Origin: Terrimicrobiaceae bacterium
Lineage (GTDB): Bacteria > Verrucomicrobiota > Verrucomicrobiia > Chthoniobacterales > Terrimicrobiaceae
Assembly (NCBI GenBank): GCA_044342325.1
Contig: JBIIPZ010000010.1
Span: 1 to 64,000, forward strand
DNA: 64,000 nt
Direction of reading: 5' to 3'
Position numbers and translations under genes: made by a program. This document shows positions 47,079 through 57,200 of the stretch, in pieces (position 1 is the stretch's first letter; every line of letters begins with the position of its first letter). Under the pieces are notes generated by a model. The model saw nothing but the letters and a program-made list of their open reading frames with translations. It ran no database searches and was not told the DNA's origin.

Positions 47079-48989
47079 TCACGGAGTCTTCAGCAACGCC
47101 TGGATGGCCTTGGCAGCCGGTTTCATCCGGCCATGGAAGTCGAGGATGGAAGTGTTCGCGAGACACGGGAACGAATCATGGCCCATCCAGATGATGAATC
47201 CGCCGATGGCCGGGAAGCGGTTCCTGCAGGAGGTCAGCGCGCGGATGAGCGCCCTGGCCTGGTGCTCCTGGCTCCAGCCGACATAGTCCTCGATGGTTTG
47301 CGGTTTGCCGCCGTTTTCGGCCATATAGGTCTCTTGGTCCACCCACCAGAAAAAGCGCCGCCAATAGATGTTTTCAACACCCACCGGGAGCAGGTCGCAA
47401 TCCGGGTAGAATTCCTTAAGAATCTCCATGGAGCTGGCTCCGGGCGCGCCGGTTTCGCTTCGGAAGAGGGCATCGTCTTTTTTCCAGTAGCTTTCCGACT
47501 CGATGCGCCACGGCCCGTGGACATCCCAGTGGCAGCCTTTGCCGAAGTCCTTTTCCTCAGCGACAAAAATCGGACCCGAGGAGGAGCACGGCAGGAAACG
47601 GGTGGATGGATCCTCCGCCGCGCAAATTTCCGCAAAACGGGCGAGCATCGGATGCGCGGCGCTGAGCGGGAGGCCGATGCCGGGACCACCCCCAGGGGCG
47701 GTTTGCAGCTCATTGCCCCCGCACCAGATCAACAGCGAGGCATGGTGCCTGCGCCGCCGGATGTAGCTCCTTGCGACTTCGCCCCAAGCTTCGATGGTTT
47801 CGGGATCGGAGGGCGGCTCGTTGTCGGGCCCGGACGAGGAGAGCGGAAACTCCTGCCAGACCAGAAGTCCCATCTCATCGCAAAGACGGTAGAAAATTTC
47901 CTTCTCAAGAAAGGCGCCGCCCCAGACCCGCAGCACATTGAAACCGATTTCCTTGTAGGCCTGCAGGCGCAGGCGGTAGTCCGCCTCGGTCACATCCGCG
48001 TAATGCGCGCGGATCGGCGTCCAGTTTACCCCGACTAAAAAGACTTTCGCGCCGTTGAGTTCGCAAATCCAAGGATCCGCCGCAGAAGGCGCGCCGGCGC
48101 ACGGCACCCAGGCGACATGCTTGAATCCAACCGCCTCGTCACGACGATCCAACACCATGCCGCTGGCATCGCGCAGTTCCAGGCCGAGCCGATAGAGACG
48201 CGATTCCCCCCGCCCGTTGCACTGCCAAGGAGCGACCGGAAGGCCTGACACGGAAACGCCTCTGACCAGTTCACTGCCCGGAAAGGAACGGAGCGTCGCC
48301 CCGTCGAGCTGGACCTCCAATATCGTCCCCTCAGGAACATCCCCTTTGAGCGTCAGGATGCCGGTGTCGGCGGCAAGATCGAAATCGGCGCGGATGCCAA
48401 GTGTCTCCAGCACGGGCTCGCAATCGATCTCCAGGCGGATCTCATCCCATATGCCGATCTGCACATTGCGGGGCATCCAGTCCCAAGCATAGTTGAACCG
48501 GGCTTTGAGGTCGCGGATTCGCGAGGAAATATTGGGAGTCCCATTGAAGCGCGGCAGGTCGCTGAAGATGATTTCCAGGCGGTTGACCTCCTGCAAGGGC
48601 ACGGCGCTGAGATCGAAGGCATGCGGCACATAGCCATTGCGAAAGGTTCCCACGCGGGTGCGGTTGAGGAATACCTCGCCGTAGCCATCGAGGCCCAGGC
48701 AACGCAAAACCCGGCTCTTGCCCTCCAGTTCGCTCCGGGGAATCTCGACTGCAAAAATCCAGTCGCGGTGATCGACCCACTCGCACTTGTAGGAGTTGAG
48801 TTTCTTGTTCCAGTCGGGGATGACGCCCGCATGGAGCAATGCCTGGTGCACCGAGCCCGGCACCTTGGCGGGCACCGGCGCAATTTCGGGAATGCAGGGT
48901 ATGGCCTGCTCGAGCGTCCGCCCCATGGCCCAGGAAGTGGGTGAGTAACCGGCCAGCGACCACTCGCGTTGAGAGAGATTAAGAATCAT
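47079..48989 (-). CDS. GH2 beta-mannosidase-like glycoside hydrolase
   Basis: VPGSVH, GLDGYGEV, WDWMPR..IGIW, LRVWGG, VWQEF, WCGGNE and RSETG. Confidence 0.85.
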   Translation of the reverse strand: MILNLSQREWSLAGYSPTSWAMGRTLEQAIPCIPEIAPVPAKVPGSVHQALLHAGVIPDWNKKLNSYKCEWVDHRDWIFAVEIPRSELEGKSRVLRCLGLDGYGEVFLNRTRVGTFRNGYVPHAFDLSAVPLQEVNRLEIIFSDLPRFNGTPNISSRIRDLKARFNYAWDWMPRNVQIGIWDEIRLEIDCEPVLETLGIRADFDLAADTGILTLKGDVPEGTILEVQLDGATLRSFPGSELVRGVSVSGLPVAPWQCNGRGESRLYRLGLELRDASGMVLDRRDEAVGFKHVAWVPCAGAPSAADPWICELNGAKVFLVGVNWTPIRAHYADVTEADYRLRLQAYKEIGFNVLRVWGGAFLEKEIFYRLCDEMGLLVWQEFPLSSSGPDNEPPSDPETIEAWGEVARSYIRRRRHHASLLIWCGGNELQTAPGGGPGIGLPLSAAHPMLARFAEICAAEDPSTRFLPCSSSGPIFVAEEKDFGKGCHWDVHGPWRIESESYWKKDDALFRSETGAPGASSMEILKEFYPDCDLLPVGVENIYWRRFFWWVDQETYMAENGGKPQTIEDYVGWSQEHQARALIRALTSCRNRFPAIGGFIIWMGHDSFPCLANTSILDFHGRMKPAAKAIQALLKTP

Positions 48990-49026
48990 GAATGGGTTGG
49001 ATTAATCCTCGAGAGTTCGCGTTTGG

Positions 49027-50058
49027 TTATTCGAGGCCTTCAGGAATCTTGACCACTCTTCGGGTGCGGGCGGATTCCTCGGCCGCGAAGACCACCTGCA
49101 CGGCGCGGGCGCCGTCCTGGAGCGAGGGGTAACATTCGCCGCCTTGCCGGATGGCGCGGTGAAAATTCCTCAAGTTGCCGCAGAGATCTTCTTCTCCAAT
49201 GAGCGGCACGGACTCGAGAGGCTCTACACCATTGACTCCGGAGACTTTCTGAAGCTGCAAAGTGGTGCCCTCGCTGAAATACCGGTCGTTGCGGTAGAGG
49301 TTCGCCTTGGTGCCGTAGAGGCTGAGCGTGTGCCGGTAGGGCGTGACATGGTAGGCATTCAGCGTTCCGACCAGGCCGGAGGCGAATTGAAAGTGGCAAA
49401 TGGCGACATCCGCCGTGCCGGTCGTATGCACATCGTAGCGCATCAGCGCCGAGACCTCGGTGATCGGGCCGAAGTAATACATCAGCTCATGAAAACCATG
49501 GACGCCGCACTGGAAGAGCATTCCGCCGGGGTTCTTCGCCGCATCGCCTCGCCAGTCGCCGGGCTGGATTTTGAGGCCTCCCGAGTGGGCTGTGGTTTTT
49601 TCAAATGTCGCGATAGTTCCCAGCGCGCCGCTATCGATTAGGTCTTTTGTCGTGCGCGATGTGCGGCAGGTGGAGTGATCCGCGTGGCCCACAGCCACGA
49701 CGCGTCCTGTGCGGCGCTGTGTTTCCAACAAAAGCTCGACCTCCTCCGGAGTGGAGCAGAGCGGCTTCTCAACAAAAACATGCAGCCCTTTTTCCATCGC
49801 CCGCACCATGTGGTCCGCATGATCCTTTCCGCCGCTGCAAATGATGACGGCCTCGATGTCCGGAGTCTCCAAAAGCTCGTCATAACTGCCCACCGGCTGC
49901 GCCCCATCCTCTGCCACACAGGCCGCAAGCGCCGCGGGATTTAAATCATAGGCCGCCATCAAATCAAAGAGCCCACTTTCCCTCAGGCGCTCGCGCCGAT
50001 ACCCGCCGAAATTCGCAACGCCAACCTGTGCTACTTTGATTTTTTCAGAAGAGATCAT
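49027..50058 (-). CDS. Gfo/Idh/MocA-family oxidoreductase
   Basis: Rossmann N-terminus, GLHVFVEKPL and GGMLFQCGVH. Confidence 0.9.
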   Translation of the reverse strand: MISSEKIKVAQVGVANFGGYRRERLRESGLFDLMAAYDLNPAALAACVAEDGAQPVGSYDELLETPDIEAVIICSGGKDHADHMVRAMEKGLHVFVEKPLCSTPEEVELLLETQRRTGRVVAVGHADHSTCRTSRTTKDLIDSGALGTIATFEKTTAHSGGLKIQPGDWRGDAAKNPGGMLFQCGVHGFHELMYYFGPITEVSALMRYDVHTTGTADVAICHFQFASGLVGTLNAYHVTPYRHTLSLYGTKANLYRNDRYFSEGTTLQLQKVSGVNGVEPLESVPLIGEEDLCGNLRNFHRAIRQGGECYPSLQDGARAVQVVFAAEESARTRRVVKIPEGLE

Positions 50059-50170
50059 TGAAAATGGGAATATGCCAATTCTAAAACCAAGAGCAATTAC
50101 ATTGTTTTATTTTTTTATAATTAGTTTTAAAGCGGCGCAGGCGATAGGCGTGGTTTGGGCGAAGCGCATC

Positions 50171-50415
50171 CTGTAGCGGCGTCTCTATGAGCGCCGGGGA
50201 GGTGCTTCGCCCTCGCGAAACACATTTTTCAACCACGAATTGCTCGATTTTTCACGAATGGGGAGCGGCTTCGCCGGAGATTCTCCTTGCTGGTTTTATT
50301 CGTGTTCATTCGGGCTATTCGTGGTTTAGGGACAGCCGTGCAGGATGGGCGCAGGGCGGCGTTCGACCATCGAGGAGGTTCCGGCGCGGGTGTCTTTCGC
50401 GGTCGACGCTCCATT
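50171..50415. repeat. Mosaic repeat block: REP + 96-bp AACCACGAAT...ATTCGTGGTT element
   Basis: Near-identical to 51307-51478 and, inverted, to 63630-63806. Confidence 0.9.
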
Positions 50416-50473
50416 TTTTGCCCGTCGCACATTAAGAACCGCCTGGAAATTCACATCGACCTTGATGGGATGC

Positions 50474-50495
50474 CTACAATGTGATCACATTGTAG
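50474..50495. promoter_or_regulatory. Perfect 22-bp palindrome, probable MazE operator
   Basis: CTACAATGTGATCACATTGTAG ends 1 nt before the antitoxin ATG. Confidence 0.75.
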
Positions 50496-50496
50496 T

Positions 50497-50751
50497 ATGA
50501 CTACATCGCTTATCGCCATTGGAAACTCGCGTGGCATACGAATTCCGAAGCCACTTATTGAGCAATGCGGACTACTAAACGAGGTGGAGATGGAGGTGCG
50601 GGATGATGCGATTGTATTAAGGTCTCCCCGGTCGCCGCGTGCAGGATGGGACAAGGCTTTCGCTCAAATGGCCCGATTGGGAGACGATGCCCTGCTGCAC
50701 AGCGAGCCCCGTCCTTCGAAATGGGATGAGGAGGAGTGGGAGTGGAAATAA
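50497..50751 (+). CDS. mazE: AbrB/MazE-type antitoxin
   Basis: IGNSRGIRIPKPL AbrB motif, acidic C-terminus, overlaps the toxin gene. Confidence 0.9.
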   Translation: MTTSLIAIGNSRGIRIPKPLIEQCGLLNEVEMEVRDDAIVLRSPRSPRAGWDKAFAQMARLGDDALLHSEPRPSKWDEEEWEWK

Positions 50752-51065
50752 GGAGATTCGAGGTTTATCTCGTGACACTCGATCCGACCCGTGGACGGGA
50801 AATCTCAAAAACACGACCTTGCGTCGTTGTATCGCCGGATGAAATGAATCGCCATATCGGGACGGTAATCATTGCACCGCTGACAAGCCGAACTCGAAGC
50901 TACCCATCGAGGGTTGATTGCTCATTTCAAGGCAAACAAGGACAAGTGGTGCTCGATCAGATAAGAACCGTAGACAAGAGTCGCATGGTAAAGCGCCTCG
51001 GCAAGCTCTCCGCAGCAACAAGCGCAAAGGTGGCGGATGGTCTTATGGAGATGTTTCGCAAATAG
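50742..51065 (+). CDS. mazF: PemK/MazF endoribonuclease toxin
   Basis: LDPTRGREISKTRPCVVVSP..APLTS..DQIRTVDKSR. GTG 50742 follows GAGGAG. Confidence 0.92.
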   Translation: MEIRRFEVYLVTLDPTRGREISKTRPCVVVSPDEMNRHIGTVIIAPLTSRTRSYPSRVDCSFQGKQGQVVLDQIRTVDKSRMVKRLGKLSAATSAKVADGLMEMFRK

Positions 51066-51109
51066 GTCTCGGCGGCGCAGGCGAGAAGCTGGGTTCGGGC
51101 GGTTTTGGA

Positions 51110-51760
51110 GCAGAGAGGAGCATCGCTCTCGCATGCCCCATTTTTCAGCTGCGAAGCGGCGTCTCTGCTGGATGCGATGGCGGCCTTGCCGCGCAAATGG
51201 GTCAGCGGCGGCCTCCGGCTCGTAGCCTACGCCTCGGAGAGCGCGCCGACCCTACCCTAGATCTACGAGCGCGCTGCCGCGCGGGTCGTGCATCGTCCTC
51301 GCATGGCACATTTTTCAACCACGAATTGCACAATTTTTCACGAATGGGGAGCGGCTTCGCCGGAGATTCTCCTTGCTGGTTTTATTCGTGTTCATTCGGT
51401 CTATTCGTGGTTCAAGGACATCCGGGCAGCAGGGGCGCAGCGCGGCGTTCGACCATCGAGGAGGTTCCGGCGCGCGGCGTGATGGGAACGAGGCGGCGTG
51501 GTGGCGAGCCATTCAGTCTTGGGTCAAGCCGGAGGTTGACCCTCCAAGGGTTTGCGCGCGGCAGCGCGCTTCGTTATTCCGGGAGGGGCATCGTCCTCGC
51601 ATGACCCATTCTTCAGCCGCGCTTCCTGCTCGTAGCGCAGCGCGCGGAGAGAAGCGGCGTTTCTTCTGGATACAATGGCGGCCTTGCCGCGCAAATGGGT
51701 CAGCGGCGGCCTCCGGCTCGTAGCCTACGCCTCGGAGAGCGCGCCGACCCTACCTTGGAT
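51110..51760. repeat. Mosaic REP block with an 80-bp perfect direct repeat (51177-51256 = 51675-51754) and the 96-bp element (51317-51412)
   Basis: Direct comparison of the copies. Confidence 0.9.
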
Positions 51761-51800
51761 GAACGAGGGCTCTCCGCGCAGGACCGCCTGGCGGAAATCC

Positions 51801-52562
51801 TCACAGCGGCTTATGCGGCTCGGCAAGAGCTACTCCCTGAATCAGCAATTCATCGACCAGCATCTCGGCACTGAGGCCGGCGCGTGGTAAATAATATTCA
51901 TTAGGGTGCGCTCCGAGAAATACATTCAATGTTTCAGGAGCCACGCCGTCCACTTGCTCATCAATGAGAACATTTCCGTTATCGCTGATTTTCAAGTTAC
52001 TTCCATCTCCACCTGCATCGGTTTTTACCACCACGGCTATGTGATGCCATTGCTCGTCGAGAAGATCGCTGGCTACGGATTTAGTGAACCACTTGGAGGT
52101 TCCCAACTTGAACATCGAATTTAATTTTCCGGCTTGGTCCACTTGGAGCCCAATGCATAGCGCTTTCTCATCCTGCCCGCCCGGGTTTAAGATGCAACCG
52201 ATATGACCGGGCCCTGAAAGTTTGACCCAAAAGCTCACAGTGAATTCCGCCTCCGCCAACTTAATTCCAGAAGTGGATAAAGTATTCTCGGGTTTGAGGG
52301 AGAGTGCCTGCCCGAGATTGGAAGGGCCAGATGCAAAAACGGGCTCAGCAGGCGAACGATTGGACCCGCTCTCCGTGGGGGTTTCCAGAGCGTCAAGTTT
52401 AAGACGCCCGCTATCGCCTTCGAGACTTCCATCAAAACTCCAATAACTGAGCGTATCCCCATTCGGCGTATTGGCGCGCGGCCAGGAGAATTCGGCATGA
52501 GAGACGCTGAGAGAGAGAAGCGAGGCAGCCAGTGTATTGAACAGCAGTTTGGTGGATTTCAT
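51801..52562 (-). CDS. Secreted LamG/concanavalin A-like domain protein
   Basis: Signal peptide; YWSFDGS, FTVSFWVK, QWHHIAVV and VDELLI. Confidence 0.75.
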   Translation of the reverse strand: MKSTKLLFNTLAASLLSLSVSHAEFSWPRANTPNGDTLSYWSFDGSLEGDSGRLKLDALETPTESGSNRSPAEPVFASGPSNLGQALSLKPENTLSTSGIKLAEAEFTVSFWVKLSGPGHIGCILNPGGQDEKALCIGLQVDQAGKLNSMFKLGTSKWFTKSVASDLLDEQWHHIAVVVKTDAGGDGSNLKISDNGNVLIDEQVDGVAPETLNVFLGAHPNEYYLPRAGLSAEMLVDELLIQGVALAEPHKPL

Positions 52563-52699
52563 AGGGTTTTTTGAGGGTTGCAGATTTAAGATTTTGAATT
52601 CTGATCTGAGCGTGTCAATAAAAACTTAAGGTTCAAAATAAAAATCAATGTATTTTCAGTGGAGTCCGGCAAATGGGAATGCTCAGCTTGGGATGCTCG

Positions 52700-53025
52700 A
52701 CAAAATCATGGATGGCAGAATCATTTTTTTGATGGAGCGGGCGCGCTGCCGCGCGATTGCTGAAGCGGCGTCTCTATGAGCGCCGAGGGGGGACTCCGAT
52801 TCGGCAGTCATAGACAGCCGCTACAAACCCGCGCGGCAGAGCGCTATTCGTGTTCATTCGGGGTATTCGTGGTTCATGGACATCCGGGCAGGATGGGATT
52901 TGGGCGGCTTTTGAGCGGGGTGGTGTCCGGGAGTCATCCCGCGCCTTCCGTGGAGGAATTTGGGCCATGCCAACCGAAGCCACGGGCGTGGCGTAGGAAG
53001 CACATCGCAGATGGCCCGGAGGGCG
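52700..53025. repeat. Mosaic REP block
   Basis: Inverted REP pair 52765-52825, right half of the 96-bp element (about 52845-52875), and 52905-53025 homologous to 62150-62272. Confidence 0.85.
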
Positions 53026-53050
53026 AATTGGTTTCGAAAATAATCCACCT

Positions 53051-53089
53051 TTGACAACCGGGCTTCCATCGTAATACATTCGGTATGAC
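53051..53089 (+). promoter_or_regulatory. Sigma70-like promoter with overlapping inverted repeat, TA operon
   Basis: TTGACA-18-TACATT; GTAATAC-N5-GTATGAC imperfect palindrome abutting the ATG. Confidence 0.6.
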
Positions 53090-53314
53090 ATGAAGACCAT
53101 CACGGCAAAAATCCCTGATGCCCTGAACGAGAAACTCAGGAAATCCGCCGCTCTGAAGAAGGAGCATTTTTCCGAAATCATCCGGCGTGCGTTGACGCGG
53201 GAGCTTGATGGCGATGTGGACTTCGCTGCCATGGCCGCACCGTATTGCGGGATGTTCAGCGGTCCCTCGGACCTCTCCACGCGCGAGGGCTATGGAAGTC
53301 CGGACAATCGTTGA
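53090..53314 (+). CDS. Ribbon-helix-helix (CopG-like) antitoxin, VapB-type
   Basis: MKTITAKIPDAL..SEIIRRAL..GPSDLST; overlaps the PIN gene. Confidence 0.8.
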   Translation: MKTITAKIPDALNEKLRKSAALKKEHFSEIIRRALTRELDGDVDFAAMAAPYCGMFSGPSDLSTREGYGSPDNR

Positions 53315-53705
53315 TGCCGGTCCGTTGATCGGTTGGCTCAATTCCACCGACCAATGGCACAGGTGGAGTGTGTCTGTTCTTCAAAAAGTCAAAGGCCCGA
53401 TCCACACAAGCGAGGTTGTGCTTGGCGAAGCCTGTTGGAATCTGGGAGGTAACACCAAGCCCGTTCACGCCTTGCTCAGCTTGGTTGGCAAGGGATCCAT
53501 CCAGCTTTTGCGGCCTTGGCCCGAAAATCTCACCCGCACGCAGGAACTGATGCTCAAGTATCCCACGATGGACGCCGGCGATGCCTCGATCGTTGTTCTG
53601 TCCGAACAGAATCCCAAGGCGCAAATCATCACCACAGACCGCGCGGATTTTTCGATATACCGCCGCTTCCGCTCCCAAAAAATCCCCGCCATTTTTCCGA
53701 GGTAA
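53292..53705 (+). CDS. vapC: PIN-domain toxin
   Basis: IVDAGPLI, VLGEA, MDAGDASIV and TTDRADFSIYR acidic PIN residues. Start ATG 53292. Confidence 0.85.
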   Translation: MEVRTIVDAGPLIGWLNSTDQWHRWSVSVLQKVKGPIHTSEVVLGEACWNLGGNTKPVHALLSLVGKGSIQLLRPWPENLTRTQELMLKYPTMDAGDASIVVLSEQNPKAQIITTDRADFSIYRRFRSQKIPAIFPR

Positions 53706-53784
53706 CGAGAGTTTGCATTTGAGGGAATCAAGCCTGCCCTCACACGAAATATCTTTTACCGTAGTGCGGTCTCGTGCGGCACGA

Positions 53785-54275
53785 GGCCCATTTTTCAGCC
53801 GTGCTTCCGGCTCGTAGCGCAGCGCGCGGAGAGAAGCGGCGTAGATGCTGTAAGTGTCGTGGCATTCGCCTACGACACTTACACCAACCCCTCAAAAAAC
53901 AACGGGGTGCTCGACGCAACGCTTACGTAGAGCCTACGGGTCGGAGAGAAGCGGCGTGCCAGGGGAGCATGACCGTCTCGGTCGTGTAGGCGCAAGGCGG
54001 GGTTCGCCCATCGATGAGGTTGCGGCGCGAGTGCCTTTCACGCTCGAGACGAGCGTGCTCCCCTCTTTCGCGCTGCCGCGCGCTTCGTTACTTGGGAGGG
54101 TCGACCTCCGGCTTGACCCATTTTTCAGCCGCGCTTCCGGCTCGTAGCGCAGCGCGCGGAGAGAAGCGGCGTTTCTGCGGGAGTTGCTTTGCGCGTTTTG
54201 CGGGGTGGTGTCTGGGAGTCATTCAGCGCCTTCCGAGGAGGAATTTGGGTCAAGCCGGAGGTTGACCCTCCCGGG
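53785..54275. repeat. Mosaic REP block between convergent vapC and surface-protein genes
   Basis: Duplicated CATTTTTCAGCCG..GGAGAGAAGCGGCGT (about 53789 and 54119), GGAG-type REP pair 53964-54061, and inverted GGGAGGGTC(G/A)ACCTCCGGCTTGACC pair 54094-54272. Confidence 0.85.
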
Positions 54276-57200
54276 GTTTTCGATTGGCTCGGCGACGGAG
54301 GTATTGGACGGCGAGGCCTGCGAGGAGGGCGAGGGCGTAGAAGTAGGTTTCGGTTTCGGGGACGGCTATGATGAGGCTGCCATTACCTTCGAAGCCACTG
54401 ACTTCAAATCCGTTGCCGATGAATCCACTGCCACTGCCGCTGTAGAAGCTGATTTTTGCGAGGTCGGAAGCCACGAGGGAATTATCGGTAAAGACAAGGT
54501 TGCTGGGGGTTAGATAATTGTTGACTGGATCACCGTAGCGCGGCACTCCGCTCCAGTTCCAGATGGCCAGGTTGGCGCTGGGCGCCCAGGAGCCTACGCC
54601 GCTGAAGCGAAGCGTGCCGACGAAGCCGGCAAAGTCGATGATGGAATCCTTGCTCAGGGTGAGGAGTCCGACATTCTCGTTGAATGTTCCACTTACGGCC
54701 AGGGTGCCGCCATCGAGGTTGATATTTGTGCTGTCGCTGACGGCGTTTGCGGCGGTGACGAGGAAGGAGCCGCCGGTGACATTGACTACTGTGGTGTTGC
54801 CCATGGCTCCGGTTGCGGCGGCTTGGAGCGTGCCGCTGTTGACCGTGGTGCTGCCGGTGAAGCCACTGTTGTCGCCAGTGAGGACTTGGGTGCTGGCGCC
54901 GTCTTTCACGAGGGCGGAGTTGGAGGCGCCTGTGATGCGGCCGGCGTAGGTGGTGCTGCCGCTTGTCGCGTTGATTGTGAGGGTATTGGCGCCGAGGGTG
55001 ACATTTGAGCTGGCGGCGCCGGTGAGCGAGGCCACGGATTGGCTGGCGCCGAGGGCGAGTGTGGAGCTGCCGGTGCCGGTGGTGTCGATCGAGATGGCGG
55101 ATCGGCCGTTGGCTGTCGGCAGGGCGTTGGTGACATTGGCGTTCAGGGTGGCACCGTTGATGATGCTGGTTGGGCCGTTGTAGGTATTCGCGTTGGCGAG
55201 CGTGGTGGTGCCGCCGTCGATGACGAGGTCGGAGTTGGCAGAGGAGCCACTGATGACGCCGCTCACCGTGATGCCGTTGCTACCGCCTGCGAGGGTGAGT
55301 GTGGTGCCGTTTTTGCTGAGGGCGCCGGAGAGGGTGAGGAGGCCGGTGCCGCTGTTGCGGATGGTGCCGGTGCTGCCTGTGGCGCCGGTGATGGAGATGT
55401 CGCGGGTCAAGTTGCCTGCAGCGCCGTTGTAGATGAGTGCGGTGGCGTTGGCGAGGTTGACGCCGGAGGTGGAGCCGAGGGCTGAGACACTGCTGATCGA
55501 GAGGTTCCCGGCGCTGATGGTGGTGGCACCGCTGTAGGTGTTGCTGCCATTCAGGGTGAAGGTGCCACTGCCTGTTTTTATGAGGCCGTTGGTGCCGGCG
55601 AGGATTGCGCTGACCGTGCCGTTTTGCATGGCGTAGTTTCCACCGTTGTTGGTGATTGTGCCGTTGACCAGTGTGCCGCCGCTGATGCTGGTGATGGTGT
55701 TGGTGAGGCTCTTGCCGCCCATGTCCAGTGTGCCGCCGGTGAGGCTGATCGTGCTGGTGCCGAGCGTGCCGTTGCCGGAGAGGAGCAGCGTGCCATCCGC
55801 AACCACCGTGCTTCCGCTTAGGGTGTTATTTCTGGAAAGCGTGACGGTGCCACTGCCATTTTTGGTCAATGTGCCACTGCCGGCGAGGATGGTCGAGACA
55901 GAGCCGTTTTGGAGGATATAGCCGTCGGTTGCGGTGAGTGTTGACGTGAAAACTCCTCCAAGTTCAATGACATTTCCATTTGTAAGCGTGAGGAGAGAAA
56001 TAGCGTTATCCCTATTTTGCATATCCAATGTGCCCCCGTTTATCGTCACGTTATTGGAAGCCGAGATGACATTGCCCTCACCTAAACGCAATGTTCCTGC
56101 ATTGATCACGACGCCTCCCGTAAAGGAGTTTGACGCACTGTTAATTTGCATAGTCCCTGTGCCATTGAGCGTTATGCCACCGGATCCGCTAATGACTCCA
56201 CTGAAAGCGAGAGTGCTGCTGGAATTCCAGAGAAGTGTGCCATTATTGGCGATATTTCCGGCCCCATTGAGAGTTCCTGAACCAGCGATCTCCAGAATTC
56301 CGGCTGAAATGGTCGTGCCACCGCTGTAGGAATTGCTGCCGGTGAGCCGGAGGGTGCCGGCGCCTGCTTTGGTGAGGGAGGAGGAGGCGCCGGAGATGAC
56401 GCCGCCGACGGTGAGGTTGCCGCTGGTGAGGGTGATTGTGCGCGAGGCGGAGTTGCCGAGGGCGACTGTGCCGGTGCCGAGGTTGAGATCATTTGTGCCG
56501 GCGAAGGCGAAGTTGGCATTCCAGTTTTGGGTATTGTTGCTGGTAAGGGTGATACTGGTGCCGCTGGTGTTGTTGAGGGTGCCGCCGTTGATAGTGAGCG
56601 CGCCGGTGCCGATGGCGGTGGAGTTATTGAGCACCAGGGTGCCGCTGTTGAGCGTGGTGCCCCCGGAGTAGGTATTGGCGGAGGAGAGGGTGAGGTTGCC
56701 TGTGCCGCTCTGGGCCAGCGAACCACTGCCACCGATGGCTGTGGAGGTGAAATCCGTGCCTTGGGCGAGATTGTTCGAGCGGTTGAATGTGAGCACGCCG
56801 TTGTTTGTGATCGTGCTGCTGGTGGAGAGGGAGCCAGTGGTGCCTCCGTTGCCGATCTGGAGGCCGCCGGCGGTGATCGTGGTGGTGCCGGTGTAGGTGT
56901 TGCCGCCAGTGAGCGTGAGGGTGCCGGAGCCGGTTTTCACAAGCGCGCCACCTGCGCCGCCCATGCTGCCGCTGAATGTGGTGCTGGTGTTGTCGCCGCC
57001 GACCGTGAGGGTTTTGTTGCCGAGGGCGATGGAGGATCCGCTGGCACCGGCGATGGAGGCGATCGTCTCGCCGGAGGCGGTGATGGCACTGATATCGAAG
57101 CTCGTGCCGCTGGCTGCGAGGTTCATGGTTTCACTGTCGGCAAGAGCGCCGGAGCCGCTGAGGGCGATGCCGCCGGCTGAGATGGTGATGCCGCCCGTGT

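Noticed and set aside
50171..54275. Possible CRISPR array
   Set aside because: Repeats are of mixed types, lengths and spacing, with no regular repeat-spacer period and no cas genes.
50918..54513. Short ORFs across the repeat blocks (e.g. 50918..51604, 52774..53280, 53774..54265)
   Set aside because: They are translations of palindromic repeats; the same peptides recur wherever the repeats do.
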